31,626 bases of DNA from a virus. Its lineage: Duplodnaviria > Caudoviricetes. The stretch is from the IMG/VR virus record IMGVR_UViG_3300046063_000017, positions 1 through 31,626 of that record. One strand, given 5' to 3'. A model generated the notes under the pieces. That model was given only the letters and a program-made list of their open reading frames with translations. It searched no databases and was not told where the DNA came from. Position numbers and translations under genes: made by a program. Shown one piece after another: positions 1 through 9,818 of the stretch (position 1 is its first letter; every line of letters begins with the position of its first letter).

Positions 1-92
1 CACAGGACGGGAGCGCCTGTGACAGCGCCACAGTCCACCGAGAGACGAGTCCGAGGACCGGACAGATGACGCTCTCGGCGTATTCGGACTGA
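1..92 (+). CDS. tnpB: 3' end of IS1341/IS605-type TnpB (partial)
   Basis: The frame from nt 3 reads QDGSACDSATVHRETSPRTGQMTLSAYSD* (TGA 90-92), resembling haloarchaeal TnpB C-terminal tails. It is immediately followed by a typical IS605-family right end. Confidence 0.65.
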   Translation, partial: QDGSACDSATVHRETSPRTGQMTLSAYSD

Positions 93-156
93 AACCTTCC
101 AAGCCGGATTCCCACCGTGTGGGAAGCCCCGCCGTTTACGGCGGGGAGGATGTCAC
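1..156 (+). mobile_element. Right end of an IS200/IS605-family element (omega/reRNA-encoding region)
   Basis: Hairpin TTCCCAC-cgt-GTGGGAA (109-125), subterminal hairpin CCCCGCCG-ttta-CGGCGGGG (127-146), then AGGATG and terminal TCAC (153-156). This is the characteristic haloarchaeal IS605/IS1341 right-end layout. Confidence 0.8.
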
Positions 157-168
157 GTGATGTAGTGA

Positions 169-657
169 CTACAGTTCGTTGGCGTCTGGGTCCAGATTCG
201 GTGCAGGGAACGTGATGGAGTGGACGCCATCGAATTCTTCGAGCGAGCTCTGTACGTCGACTATCGCACCAGACCGGTTCGCGGGAGACGGCGCCCATGT
301 GATATCGATATTGAGTATCGACTCAACACGTGGGTCCGCATCGGGGCCGATCGTCCGCCGAATCTCGCGACGGAACGAGCCCACCGATTCGCCGAGCATC
401 CGGAAGATGTCTCGACCATAGTCCGGCCGGATCGGATCAGACCGGGGTACGTCCGGGCCTTCTGGAGTGAGAAGTGCGACTTTGAGGTCTTGGATCACAG
501 CATCCTGATCATAAACGCGAGCAAAGCTCCCTCGCCGAACTATCAGGTCGCCGTCTGCGTCAAGCGCCAGTGCTTTTCCGTAGCGTGAACCGGGTTCGTA
601 TCCCTCTCGGCGTGCCTTGCGCTCGGCCGGCGTGAGAAGCTTATCGTCGTCTGACAT
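169..657 (-). CDS. Baseplate wedge subunit (gp25/gp46-like)
   Basis: 162 aa with LDADGDL...VIQDLKVALLT...PDYG...DPRVESI, a gp25/Mu gp46-like pattern. Lies downstream of the spike gene. Confidence 0.65.
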   Translation of the reverse strand: MSDDDKLLTPAERKARREGYEPGSRYGKALALDADGDLIVRRGSFARVYDQDAVIQDLKVALLTPEGPDVPRSDPIRPDYGRDIFRMLGESVGSFRREIRRTIGPDADPRVESILNIDITWAPSPANRSGAIVDVQSSLEEFDGVHSITFPAPNLDPDANEL

Positions 658-715
658 GGGTGGGGAAAGAGAGGTTACTGGTTCATCTCGTTCAACCTAT
701 CGGGCGAGCAGTTGC

Positions 716-2596
716 CTACCGACGAGCGATCCGAACTTCGTCGATATAGACTGTCCCTTCTTCAGCGTTGTAGGTGCAGACAGATCCGTCGTACCCGTTC
801 ACATCGTAGAACGCGTGCTGTGAGAGGATGTTGCCGCTCGGATCCTTCACTTCGTACCGGAAGTTGTAGTCAGTGAACTCAATCGTCGCAGTGTGGAAGC
901 TCATGTCCGATCCCATCGAGAATCCATTATCGTGGTGAAGACTGTTCCAGTCCCCGGTCTCGAACACATAGAGATCCTCGTCCAAGATGTCCAACCGGTA
1001 GAGCGGCCCCGATCCCGTTGCCGAGGTACCGAATCCGATATTTAACCGATCCGAGGTGGTCGAATCGTCGAACGCGAACGTCGTCTCCAGCTTCGTCCCT
1101 GGTTTTCCCGGACGGAAGTTGGGCGATCCCTCCCATCCGAGACGAGAGTTGTTGGCGCTATTGGTCGCACTCGCAGACCCAGAACTCGAGAGACTAGTCG
1201 TGGTCGTCCAAGCCGAGTCTGGATCTTGCCACCCACTAGCGAACGTGCCGCCGTCGAAGTTGTCGATACGTTCAAACGAAGGGGCAACAGGAGCGTCTGC
1301 GGGGGTGTCCTCCAGTTCCCAGATCCGGACGTAGTCGATCTCGGATTCTTCGGTCCACGACGACTGGAGATCAGCATTGCCGACTCGGTTGACGTGAGTC
1401 GTGAACTTGACATAAAGGTCGTTCCGGTCCGAGTCGTTCATCGTCCGCATGATATCGATGAGGTCGTGAGCACCAACGAATTCCCCGTCAATATAGAATT
1501 CGACTCGATCGGGGTACCATGCAGCCCCGTAAACGTGCATCTCGTCGGTGACGGCTTCGCCGTGATCATGCGAAAACCCTACCCCGAAGCTATTGGAGTC
1601 GTCGCCGGCCTGTCCAGTCGTCGTGCCGTGTGCTGACTGGTCGGTGACGGTGTCGTCCGGATCGCTCGAGGTCTGGAATAGCTCGTATATGTCGATTTCC
1701 GGCGGCCATGATCCAGACCCCACAGGATTCATCCAGAACGCCGGTAGCAACCCGTTTCTGGGGCCGGCTAGTTTTGCCCGGGTCTCAATATAGACGCCCT
1801 GATTCCCGGCCTTATACCCGACGTTCGCGTGGTAGCTCTGGTCTCCGGGGTACGTAGAGATCGGACCCTGATAACAGCCACCCGTTCCACTACCATCGCT
1901 CGTCACCTGGAGGGTACAGGTGCCATTCGAGACATCGACGAGCGAGTCATCTGCATCTGCGTCGTCGTTGAGGGGGTCTTTGGTTTCCCCACCGTTGATG
2001 CCCCACAGATCCGTATTGAGGCTATCGCCTTTGAATTCGTCCTGAACGACCAACTTCCAGTTCCCGGACGGCCCCTCCGGTGTAGGGGCTTCGGAGATAT
2101 CTCGCCACCCACGTGGTCCTTTCTCCCGGACGGTTGAACTTCCATGCCCTGATTGATCCACCCACAGAGCATCTTCCGACGCGTCGGTCGGTTCGGTGTT
2201 CTGGGGGATGATCTCGGTCCCGTTTACCTTGTGTGACCCGGACGACAGATCAGGGAAGTGGGGCGTTCCACCGTCGCTGGGGAACTTCGCCACCACTGAC
2301 CCGGTATTTGGATCAGAGAAAATCAGTTCACCAGAACTAGAGTCGTAATACCGTACGAGATCCTTGTCGGATCCAAAGTACGTCCGAGCATCGTCAGGGT
2401 GGAGCAACTGCGAGTCAGCGGTCCGTTCAGTCTTAACAAGTTCAGCAGCCCCGTCCTCGATCGCTCGCTGAATACGCTCCGTGTTCTTGACGGGGATGGC
2501 TGGTTTATTTTCTCCGACCTGATCTGGGTCGAACCAGATTCCTTCAACGTAACTCTGCTTCGGGCGAATATATACGACTTCTGGGTTGTCAGACAT
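716..2596 (-). CDS. Tail-associated glycoside hydrolase family 16 protein with C-terminal beta-sandwich domain
   Basis: WKLVVQDEF, PAFWM, WPPEIDIYE (intact ExDxxE), HVYGAAW..DRVEFYIDG and IDYVRIW are GH16 motifs. ATG 2596 follows a G-poor leader and is preferred over TTG 2659. Confidence 0.8.
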   Translation of the reverse strand: MSDNPEVVYIRPKQSYVEGIWFDPDQVGENKPAIPVKNTERIQRAIEDGAAELVKTERTADSQLLHPDDARTYFGSDKDLVRYYDSSSGELIFSDPNTGSVVAKFPSDGGTPHFPDLSSGSHKVNGTEIIPQNTEPTDASEDALWVDQSGHGSSTVREKGPRGWRDISEAPTPEGPSGNWKLVVQDEFKGDSLNTDLWGINGGETKDPLNDDADADDSLVDVSNGTCTLQVTSDGSGTGGCYQGPISTYPGDQSYHANVGYKAGNQGVYIETRAKLAGPRNGLLPAFWMNPVGSGSWPPEIDIYELFQTSSDPDDTVTDQSAHGTTTGQAGDDSNSFGVGFSHDHGEAVTDEMHVYGAAWYPDRVEFYIDGEFVGAHDLIDIMRTMNDSDRNDLYVKFTTHVNRVGNADLQSSWTEESEIDYVRIWELEDTPADAPVAPSFERIDNFDGGTFASGWQDPDSAWTTTTSLSSSGSASATNSANNSRLGWEGSPNFRPGKPGTKLETTFAFDDSTTSDRLNIGFGTSATGSGPLYRLDILDEDLYVFETGDWNSLHHDNGFSMGSDMSFHTATIEFTDYNFRYEVKDPSGNILSQHAFYDVNGYDGSVCTYNAEEGTVYIDEVRIARR

Positions 2597-2655
2597 GGGT
2601 TGTGTATTGTTTTCTTTATATTCTGTCCATTGGGGTCGGAGACCAGAGACGATAA

Positions 2656-3915
2656 TCAAAGCGTCTGAGTCACAACGATTGAACCAGATGTGTCGATCAT
2701 CTTCTTCTCTGCTGTCGACAGGTTAATCCACGTGTATCCAACCGGGAGAGTGTCGTTCGTCCTCCAGGCGTCGGGAACTTCCACATACCGCGGATCAGTC
2801 TCGTCTGTGACCGTTGGATCGGGGTCCTTCATCCGCCGTTCTGGGACGTGACGCCGAATCTCAAAGAATCCGTGGTCTACCGGGGCGACGGCGTCGACCG
2901 ACGCCGGATTGTCGTATTCCGTCTCGGCATCGTCCGACGGGTCAAGGATTGGCTCAACCGGTTCGCCGACTTCTTGGTAGTCTCGGGGGTCGTCTGAGTC
3001 GGTGTTTTCTGTCGTTCGATCTACCCGGTAGGCATCAGCATCACCTATCGCTGTTCGTCCGTCGACGGTTGTCTGTCCTGCGTCGTCAGCCGAAAGCGTT
3101 GCCCGTGGGTCCGTCGCGTGATCGTTGTATTCGTCCGGAAGCGATAGACTCACCTCTGAACGGCTGACACGCACGTCTACTGTCGATCCATCCGCACGTT
3201 CGACTGTTGCCTCGGCTGTATCTGAATCGGTCACAGACACCGTGTGGCCGTTTGGATGGACGATTCGAGCGCCGTTGGAAAGTTCGATCCGTTCTCCCGA
3301 GTTGGACCGTACAACAGCACCGCCGTCGAGATGCACTTCGTCACCACTGGAGTTGCGGATCCGAATCCCTACCTGATCGGAGAGGTGGAGGTAGTGACCG
3401 CCATTATGGATGATATCTATGACGCCATTGGTGGAGTCCGATGAGATCCGCATCCGAGAATCGGATTCGTGCCACAACAGATACTCGCCGGCGTCGTATC
3501 CTGTTGGCCCGGCCGCGCCGTCGAGAATCGTATCGACAGTCGGGACAGTGTCGTCGTCGTAATAAACTCGCGGGAGGAAAAACCCGTCTCGGATATGGTG
3601 TTGTCGCTGCTTGGCGACCGTCTCAAGCAGGAACCCCCGTTCGGTGAGATACTCGTCGATCGGATCTTTGAGGATGCAGAGGATTCCTTCAGACCCTTTG
3701 GAGATCGGGTATCTCTCTCCGAATCCATCGCCGGTATAGGGACTGGCGACCGGGATATTGTCTATCTCGACCCGTTCGTCGTCTTTTACCGCCACTGTCA
3801 CCCGATGCTGCTGTTCGGTGGTCTCTACTTCGGTGACACGGCAGAAGACGTGCGTATAGATCGATCTAAATTGGTTCCGGACCATACTCCGGAACGCGGC
3901 AGCAGCGTCGTCCAC
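2656..3915 (-). CDS. Baseplate central spike (gpV/Gp138-like N-terminal OB fold plus beta-repeat region)
   Basis: CRVTEV...IDNIPVASPYTGDGFGERYPISKGSEG...RQHHIRDGFF matches the Gp138/gpV N-terminus, followed by beta-strand repeats. Lies after the hub gene. Confidence 0.75.
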   Translation of the reverse strand: MDDAAAAFRSMVRNQFRSIYTHVFCRVTEVETTEQQHRVTVAVKDDERVEIDNIPVASPYTGDGFGERYPISKGSEGILCILKDPIDEYLTERGFLLETVAKQRQHHIRDGFFLPRVYYDDDTVPTVDTILDGAAGPTGYDAGEYLLWHESDSRMRISSDSTNGVIDIIHNGGHYLHLSDQVGIRIRNSSGDEVHLDGGAVVRSNSGERIELSNGARIVHPNGHTVSVTDSDTAEATVERADGSTVDVRVSRSEVSLSLPDEYNDHATDPRATLSADDAGQTTVDGRTAIGDADAYRVDRTTENTDSDDPRDYQEVGEPVEPILDPSDDAETEYDNPASVDAVAPVDHGFFEIRRHVPERRMKDPDPTVTDETDPRYVEVPDAWRTNDTLPVGYTWINLSTAEKKMIDTSGSIVVTQTL

Positions 3916-3917
3916 GA

Positions 3918-4850
3918 TTACGGGGAGAATTTCTTCAGTTTGTCAGACTTCTGTAGAAGCCGTTCTTTGAATTCATCCCCACCGGGGTATGGGGCGCTGT
4001 ACTGAGCACCGAGAGGGACGAGCGTCCCCGTCGTTCGGTGGTCTCCGGAGACTGTATCTGAGATGAATTCGACCTCTGCAACTCGGAACTCACCCGACGC
4101 AACTCGGGATTCCAATTCTACTGTCCCGTTTTTCCGTATCATCGGTTCGAGATACGCCTCAAATCTCAGTTCACGGGCGCCATCTTGAGACGACCCGCCT
4201 GTTGCATGGCCGGCCGCCTGGAGGTTCCCCTCGTTCCGATCAGACCACAGTCGGACGGTCTGGTTGATCGTCGTCGACTTCCGGTGGAAGTGGAGTTTCC
4301 CCCGCCGGGCAGACCAGATCCATTGCTCGTCGTCCATCTTCCCGGCTTCGTTTCGGAGCTGGCGCAGCCAGTGACGGACCGAACGGTCGTCCTTGACCGG
4401 CCACCGGCCATCGATTTTCTCACCGACGGATTCGATCACGCCCACGTCGGCACCGACTTCTGACGCGAGGTCTCGCGCAATGGCCCCGGGATCTTCGTCC
4501 TTGTAGGTCTTCGATATCTTAGCCGAGAACAACGAGAGTGAGGCATCCGTACCTTTCACCACATACCGCGTGTCGGCGTTGTTGTTCTTGGTGTCGATAA
4601 AGGTCTTTGTGATTTCACCAAAACAGACCTGTTCGACCTCGGATTCGGCCCATCCGAGTTGGATACTCACCGTGGATTGCTTCTCGATCTTTTGCCAGTC
4701 CGAATCGTTGAGGTTCCAGAGCCCGATCTCGAAGTTCAGACTCTCGCTTGTGGCACGGACGGACACGTCCATGTCTAGGTCGTTCCCACTGCCGTCCGCT
4801 ACGGCAGTGAGACCGCTCCCGAACACAACTCGGCGAACTTGCTGGTACAT
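3918..4850 (-). CDS. Baseplate hub (gpD/gp27-like)
   Basis: 310 aa with IGLWNL, VSIQLGW...FGEI and LEPMIRKNGTVELES...GEFRV..VEF. Typical hub pattern and position. Confidence 0.7.
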   Translation of the reverse strand: MYQQVRRVVFGSGLTAVADGSGNDLDMDVSVRATSESLNFEIGLWNLNDSDWQKIEKQSTVSIQLGWAESEVEQVCFGEITKTFIDTKNNNADTRYVVKGTDASLSLFSAKISKTYKDEDPGAIARDLASEVGADVGVIESVGEKIDGRWPVKDDRSVRHWLRQLRNEAGKMDDEQWIWSARRGKLHFHRKSTTINQTVRLWSDRNEGNLQAAGHATGGSSQDGARELRFEAYLEPMIRKNGTVELESRVASGEFRVAEVEFISDTVSGDHRTTGTLVPLGAQYSAPYPGGDEFKERLLQKSDKLKKFSP

Positions 4851-4856
4851 GGAGTA

Positions 4857-5258
4857 TCAGTTGTCGTCGAACGGGTAGGCTTCAGACCTCGTTCCCGGAT
4901 AGCATTCTAAGACGACCTTTTCCCCCAGGGTACGATGGTCGACGCGGGCAGACTCGTTGCTCGGGTCGACAAACCGAAACCGAACGATGTCTCGATAGTC
5001 GTATGGTCGGTTGAGAATAGCCGGCCCTCGAACCAACTCGCCCTCTGTCGTGTTCGCGATCCGGAACAACCACCGATTCGCGGGGTTAGAGAACTCGAAC
5101 TGAAAGAATAGGTCTTGCCCCGGCCACGGGTCGAAGTTGCGTATGATGAACGAGAATGCGATCTTATTCTTGATCTTCTCGATATCCTCGCTGAAGTCAA
5201 CGACAGCGACTCGTTCGTAGTCGTCCTCTCTGAATTCACCCGTCAAATGTTCGCTCAT
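4857..5258 (-). CDS. Small baseplate/plug-like protein
   Basis: 133 aa between the tube-initiator-like gene and the hub, translationally coupled. Function inferred from synteny only. Confidence 0.45.
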   Translation of the reverse strand: MSEHLTGEFREDDYERVAVVDFSEDIEKIKNKIAFSFIIRNFDPWPGQDLFFQFEFSNPANRWLFRIANTTEGELVRGPAILNRPYDYRDIVRFRFVDPSNESARVDHRTLGEKVVLECYPGTRSEAYPFDDN

Positions 5259-5777
5259 CTATTTTCTCCGGGAAGAAAGAGTGCGAGTCGGCACTCCACC
5301 GTCCTCGTCCGGTGAAGACGACTGTGGACCCGTGACTGGCTGTGCAGAGACCGAACTTGAGATCGTCGACCCCTGCTGGATCTGTCGTATGTTGACTTCT
5401 ACATCGTAAGCACCGGGGCGCTGCCCGCTCAACGACCGTGAGAGGTTCGTGACGGCTGCCGAGTCGAGAGAGATCGGGCCATAGACTGAGATGGGTTCGT
5501 TTGCATCACGGAGTGATTCGAGCGCCGTGTATGTCGGAGGATTCATCCAGATATTCATCGTGGCCTCGATCGGATCTGGACCGACCCGTGTCCCAAACGT
5601 GTATCCCTCGTCGACTTTTTTCGTCGGAACTTGTTGCCCGCCGCTGGCGGTCGCGTTGTAACACCCCTCTAGACTCACACCACCAACCACGGTCGTGTTC
5701 CCGGTCGGGCCGAGAGGGATGATCTCTACTGCATCTGTTCCATACCCACCGCCGGATCCTGAGCTATCTACGATCAT
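5259..5777 (-). CDS. Distal tail / tube initiator protein
   Basis: Immediately follows the tape measure gene. PTKKVDEG...GPDPIEATM...LESLRDANEPISV resembles Dit-like proteins. Confidence 0.55.
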   Translation of the reverse strand: MIVDSSGSGGGYGTDAVEIIPLGPTGNTTVVGGVSLEGCYNATASGGQQVPTKKVDEGYTFGTRVGPDPIEATMNIWMNPPTYTALESLRDANEPISVYGPISLDSAAVTNLSRSLSGQRPGAYDVEVNIRQIQQGSTISSSVSAQPVTGPQSSSPDEDGGVPTRTLSSRRK

Positions 5778-8700
5778 TCAGTACCCTTTCCCGGGTTTCG
5801 GCCCGACCCGCGACCGGCTGATGATCTGTGAGAGGATCGAATCTACCTGCCCCGTGTCGACGCCGATATCCGAGACAATCTTCCGAAGCCGCTGCTCGTT
5901 GAGAGACGTGGTGAGGTTGTTCTTGTTGGTAATATCTAGTTTCGTGTCACCTTCTCGGCCGCCGTGTTTGGCGATTGCCCGGCCGATCTCGTCCGCCGAC
6001 GGGAAGTCGCCACTCGGTGGCGGAGGAGGAACCACGTCCGTTTTTGTCGGAATCGTCGGTGAGACACCAACGTTAGCGATCGGCTGAGGGAACCCGCCAT
6101 CTAACGCGGCCGTGATATCAGCGCCGACAGACGACGTATCGCCGCCGAGACCAGGGGTCGGGAGCGACCCCGGGATCTCGTTGTGGAGGGACGCAACCAT
6201 GTTGGAGATGGCGTTAATCGCGATCCCCGACTGACCTTCGATCCCGAGTGCGAATGTTCCCGGGAGGGCTTTCCCCATGGCAGTCAAGTTAGACAGCGGA
6301 CCACGCTCGGCGTCAGAGCTCGGCATATAACTCGAGACGGATTGCATGATGCCCTCCCATGCAGACGTGACTATTCCACGACCGTCCCTTGAACCCTCGG
6401 CGAAGCCTTTCGCAGCTGCTTTCCCCGACTCACGGGCGGCATCCTCTTTGTCGAAACCGCGAACCGTGTGTTGTTCGGGGGTGTCGTTCTCCCCTCCGAA
6501 TGGCAGTACCGGGAGGTCCGGAAGCATCCCCAACAGATCCGAGACCGCATCTCGCATTCCCTCTACCGCCCGCTTGCCGGCGTCGAAGGCTTTGACAAAC
6601 GGCGAGATGGTGATCAGACCGATCTGGACGCCGAAGTCGTAAAGCCGCCCAAGTGCCTGATTCACCTGTTGGACCTTCGAGTCTACGTATTCGGAGACAT
6701 CGGCGATCGTCGAGAGGACAGGGGATAGCGCCCAGTTGGCGAATTGCTCACCCCGTTGGTAAAGATTCTCCACGACTCTCGTAGCGGACTCGACGCGCTC
6801 TCCCACATAGCCTGTGATGCCCGCGACTTCCTTCATCACCTGTGTGAACATCCAGTCACCGAACCCGGCACCGATGCTGTAGAGTCCTGCAACGACTCCA
6901 CTCGCTACCCCGGCCGCGTACGCCAACTCGTGCGTGGCTCCAGTTACGAACTCTAAGGCGGTCCCGAGAACCGTGAATTCTCCTAAGAGGGGCGAGAATA
7001 CACCGCCTCGGTTGGCGAATTCGAGGAATCCGATAAACGGATCGACGAACGACTGTAGAATCTCTGCTCCAGTTTCACCTACCTCATCCAGCATCCCTCC
7101 GACCGAGAGGTTCGGGTGTGAGAGATCGACCGAAAGATCGGGTACAGCAAACGAAACCGGGATCGAGACTCCGTCCTCGATTCCGCCCACTAAGTCATGG
7201 ACGGATAGCTCCGGGGGATCGACCGAAAGATCGGGTACAGCAAACGAAACCGGGATCTTGAATCCGTTTTCGAGCCCTTCGACTAAGTCTCGAACGGTGA
7301 GGTCCGGGAGATACTGTTCCAGACCGAATACGGAGGCCAGAGCATGAGCCAACGCACCGATCGGGAACAAGTCAATGATCTTTACATCGAGTAACGCGTC
7401 CCTGAGCGCCGCTTTCGGATTGATATCATTGATCCCCTCGGCCACCGCGTCGAGCTGGTCGGGGAAGCCCGCAATGAGAGAGAATAGGTCGCCCGCAGCG
7501 TCCGTCACCAGATCGATCTCTTCTGACAACGGCGAGAGCGCAACGCTAGCGACATCAACCAACCCGCCAGCGATCCACTCCAGCGCCTCCCCAAACAGGA
7601 GGAATGGCGCGAGAACTGTATCGATCGCTAACTGTCCAATGGCCGTAGCGATATTCCAGATCCCCTCTCCAACTTCCCACAACCACTGCCCGACGGGAGC
7701 CAGCGGATCGAGAAGGTCGAACAGAGCATCTCGGAGGCCCCACGTATTGGTCGCTACTAACCCGATCGCCGCTGCAAGGGCTACGAACAGAACTCCGACA
7801 GGACCACCGAGAGCAGACCACGCGAACGACGCCGCAGCACCGACGCTAGACAGCACACCAGAGAGCGTACCGAGAGCGCCAGAGAGAACGCCGGATGCAG
7901 TCGTCGCAGCGAACGCACTGGTTGAGAGCCCACCGAGCGACCCCGAGAGGCCGTATGTGGCGGCAGTCGCCCGAACTGCGTTCACAGTGAACGACGTGAG
8001 GAATTTCGCAAGCATCGGGATCACGGTTGCCGCTGTAGAGATCGACTTGTAGAGGTACAACGCACCAACCAGCGATCCGATTGCCTCAATCGCGGGACTG
8101 GCTGCGTTCACCAAGGCGTGGAGCGCACTCCCGAGTGCCGAAACTAAGGGAGACGCGATAGCCAGAACCTCTGCGAACCCATTTGCGGCGATAGCTAATG
8201 CCTCAAACACGGGGACGACGACAGAGAGCCCCGTGGCTCCGATGTCAGCAAGCGACCCGAATAGTCGACCAGAAGATTCAGTCAGCGAAATGATCTCTGG
8301 TCCGAGGGCTATCGCAGCATCAGTGAACATCCGGAGTAGTCCCGGGAGTGCAGCTAGAGCCGACTCCGTAAGACGGGTTACTAACGGGAGAAGACGGCGG
8401 ATCGAAGATTCGATCTGTGCGAAAAACTCGGCTTGGAGGCCCCCGTCCCACATCTCCGAAATACTCGACGCCACCCCCACGACCTCGCTCTGGAGAGAGG
8501 AGACGACAGCTATCCATGACTTCCATATGTCGAGCCCTTCGTTGAGAACGCCGAGGAACAGAGACGCCATCTCCGGGTTCCGGAGCGGTTCCATCGCTTG
8601 GAGCGCCTGTTTCCGGTAGTCCTTGAACAACGCCTCCATGCCTTCTGTAGCCGTTGTCACGTCGTCGAAGGCGGATTCCGCGGCACGGGCTTGACCGGCA

Positions 8701-9773
8701 GCGAGACCGCCAGCATAGGCAAGAGTCCCAAATGCGCTGGCGGCACCAGCCGCCCCTGCTGCAAGTCCACCGAGGGAGGCACCGACCCCTGACAGTCCAG
8801 CCGCGAGAACTGGTAGGAAGCGGATAATGTGGCGGATTGATTTAATCCGACCAGACAACGGCCCTAATCGGGCGTGGAAATCAATATCCGGGATCGACGC
8901 CATTACAGACGCGAGACGACTGAGTTCGTGATGGACGTCTTGGGCGTCACCGTCCATCTCCTTCAGAGCGTCACCGAATACTCCCGCAGAACCAGCAGCT
9001 TTCAGGAACGCGTTGAATAGCCCGCCGGTCCGGTCGTTATACTCCTCTAGTTTCTTTGCGTTCCGGAGGGCCTTCTTGCCCTGCTCGTCGATCTCCTCAG
9101 AGAGTGTTTCGACGCCAGTGGCCGCGTCCAAGGATGTGTCAAGAATCTTCTGTGCGGCTGGACTGAGGCTTTCAATCTCGTCAGTCGGAACATCAAGCTG
9201 GCCGAAAACCTCGGCCAGTTCTTCGGTCGACGAGACTGTCGCAGTGATCTCGTCCCCAGCATCCATCTGGTTCAGCGTCTCCGGAATTCCCTCAAGAGAT
9301 TCGTGGGCCTCTCGGACCTGTGAGGTGATTTGATCGATCTGATCGAGGTCGAGAACTTCCTCAGGGATTGCATCGATCGCTCCGGAAATATCGTCGATAT
9401 CGTTGGTGACCGCCGACATCTCCTTCCCGTCTTCCACCACTCCGTTCAGCGCCGTCGCAACCCGTTGGGCGCGTTCGGCGGACATATCGGCCTTCTCGCC
9501 CATGTCCTCAAACTCGTCCGCCGTTCCCATCGACTGGCGCTGGACGGCTTCCAGCTCGTCCTGCGTCAGATCAGCAGCAGCGGCAGCACCCCAAAACTTG
9601 TCTTGGAGATCGTCGGTCCCTTCGGCAAGATCGCCAGTAGACTGTTCTGTATTTTGGAGCGATTCTTTGACATCGTCGGCTTTCTCGTCAACCCTTTTCA
9701 GTCCCCGTTCGGCGTGGTCCGTATCTGCACGCACCACTACCGAAAGCCGCCTAATCGCGTCTATACTAGACAT
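5778..9773 (-). CDS. Tail tape measure protein
   Basis: 1331 aa, helical and Ala/Gly/Leu-rich with hydrophobic segments, GGPVG...NTWGLRD and a C-terminal PSSDAERGPLS motif. Lies after the chaperone genes. Confidence 0.9.
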   Translation of the reverse strand: MSSIDAIRRLSVVVRADTDHAERGLKRVDEKADDVKESLQNTEQSTGDLAEGTDDLQDKFWGAAAAADLTQDELEAVQRQSMGTADEFEDMGEKADMSAERAQRVATALNGVVEDGKEMSAVTNDIDDISGAIDAIPEEVLDLDQIDQITSQVREAHESLEGIPETLNQMDAGDEITATVSSTEELAEVFGQLDVPTDEIESLSPAAQKILDTSLDAATGVETLSEEIDEQGKKALRNAKKLEEYNDRTGGLFNAFLKAAGSAGVFGDALKEMDGDAQDVHHELSRLASVMASIPDIDFHARLGPLSGRIKSIRHIIRFLPVLAAGLSGVGASLGGLAAGAAGAASAFGTLAYAGGLAAGQARAAESAFDDVTTATEGMEALFKDYRKQALQAMEPLRNPEMASLFLGVLNEGLDIWKSWIAVVSSLQSEVVGVASSISEMWDGGLQAEFFAQIESSIRRLLPLVTRLTESALAALPGLLRMFTDAAIALGPEIISLTESSGRLFGSLADIGATGLSVVVPVFEALAIAANGFAEVLAIASPLVSALGSALHALVNAASPAIEAIGSLVGALYLYKSISTAATVIPMLAKFLTSFTVNAVRATAATYGLSGSLGGLSTSAFAATTASGVLSGALGTLSGVLSSVGAAASFAWSALGGPVGVLFVALAAAIGLVATNTWGLRDALFDLLDPLAPVGQWLWEVGEGIWNIATAIGQLAIDTVLAPFLLFGEALEWIAGGLVDVASVALSPLSEEIDLVTDAAGDLFSLIAGFPDQLDAVAEGINDINPKAALRDALLDVKIIDLFPIGALAHALASVFGLEQYLPDLTVRDLVEGLENGFKIPVSFAVPDLSVDPPELSVHDLVGGIEDGVSIPVSFAVPDLSVDLSHPNLSVGGMLDEVGETGAEILQSFVDPFIGFLEFANRGGVFSPLLGEFTVLGTALEFVTGATHELAYAAGVASGVVAGLYSIGAGFGDWMFTQVMKEVAGITGYVGERVESATRVVENLYQRGEQFANWALSPVLSTIADVSEYVDSKVQQVNQALGRLYDFGVQIGLITISPFVKAFDAGKRAVEGMRDAVSDLLGMLPDLPVLPFGGENDTPEQHTVRGFDKEDAARESGKAAAKGFAEGSRDGRGIVTSAWEGIMQSVSSYMPSSDAERGPLSNLTAMGKALPGTFALGIEGQSGIAINAISNMVASLHNEIPGSLPTPGLGGDTSSVGADITAALDGGFPQPIANVGVSPTIPTKTDVVPPPPPSGDFPSADEIGRAIAKHGGREGDTKLDITNKNNLTTSLNEQRLRKIVSDIGVDTGQVDSILSQIISRSRVGPKPGKGY
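7124..7257. repeat. 41-bp exact direct repeat, 93-nt period, inside the tape measure gene
   Basis: GATCGACCGAAAGATCGGGTACAGCAAACGAAACCGGGATC at 7124-7164 and 7217-7257, encoding IPVSFAVPDLSVD twice. Confidence 0.9.
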
Positions 9774-9818
9774 TTTTGATAAGAACGGGGCAGGTCCTCC
9801 GCCTCGATCGATAGAACG

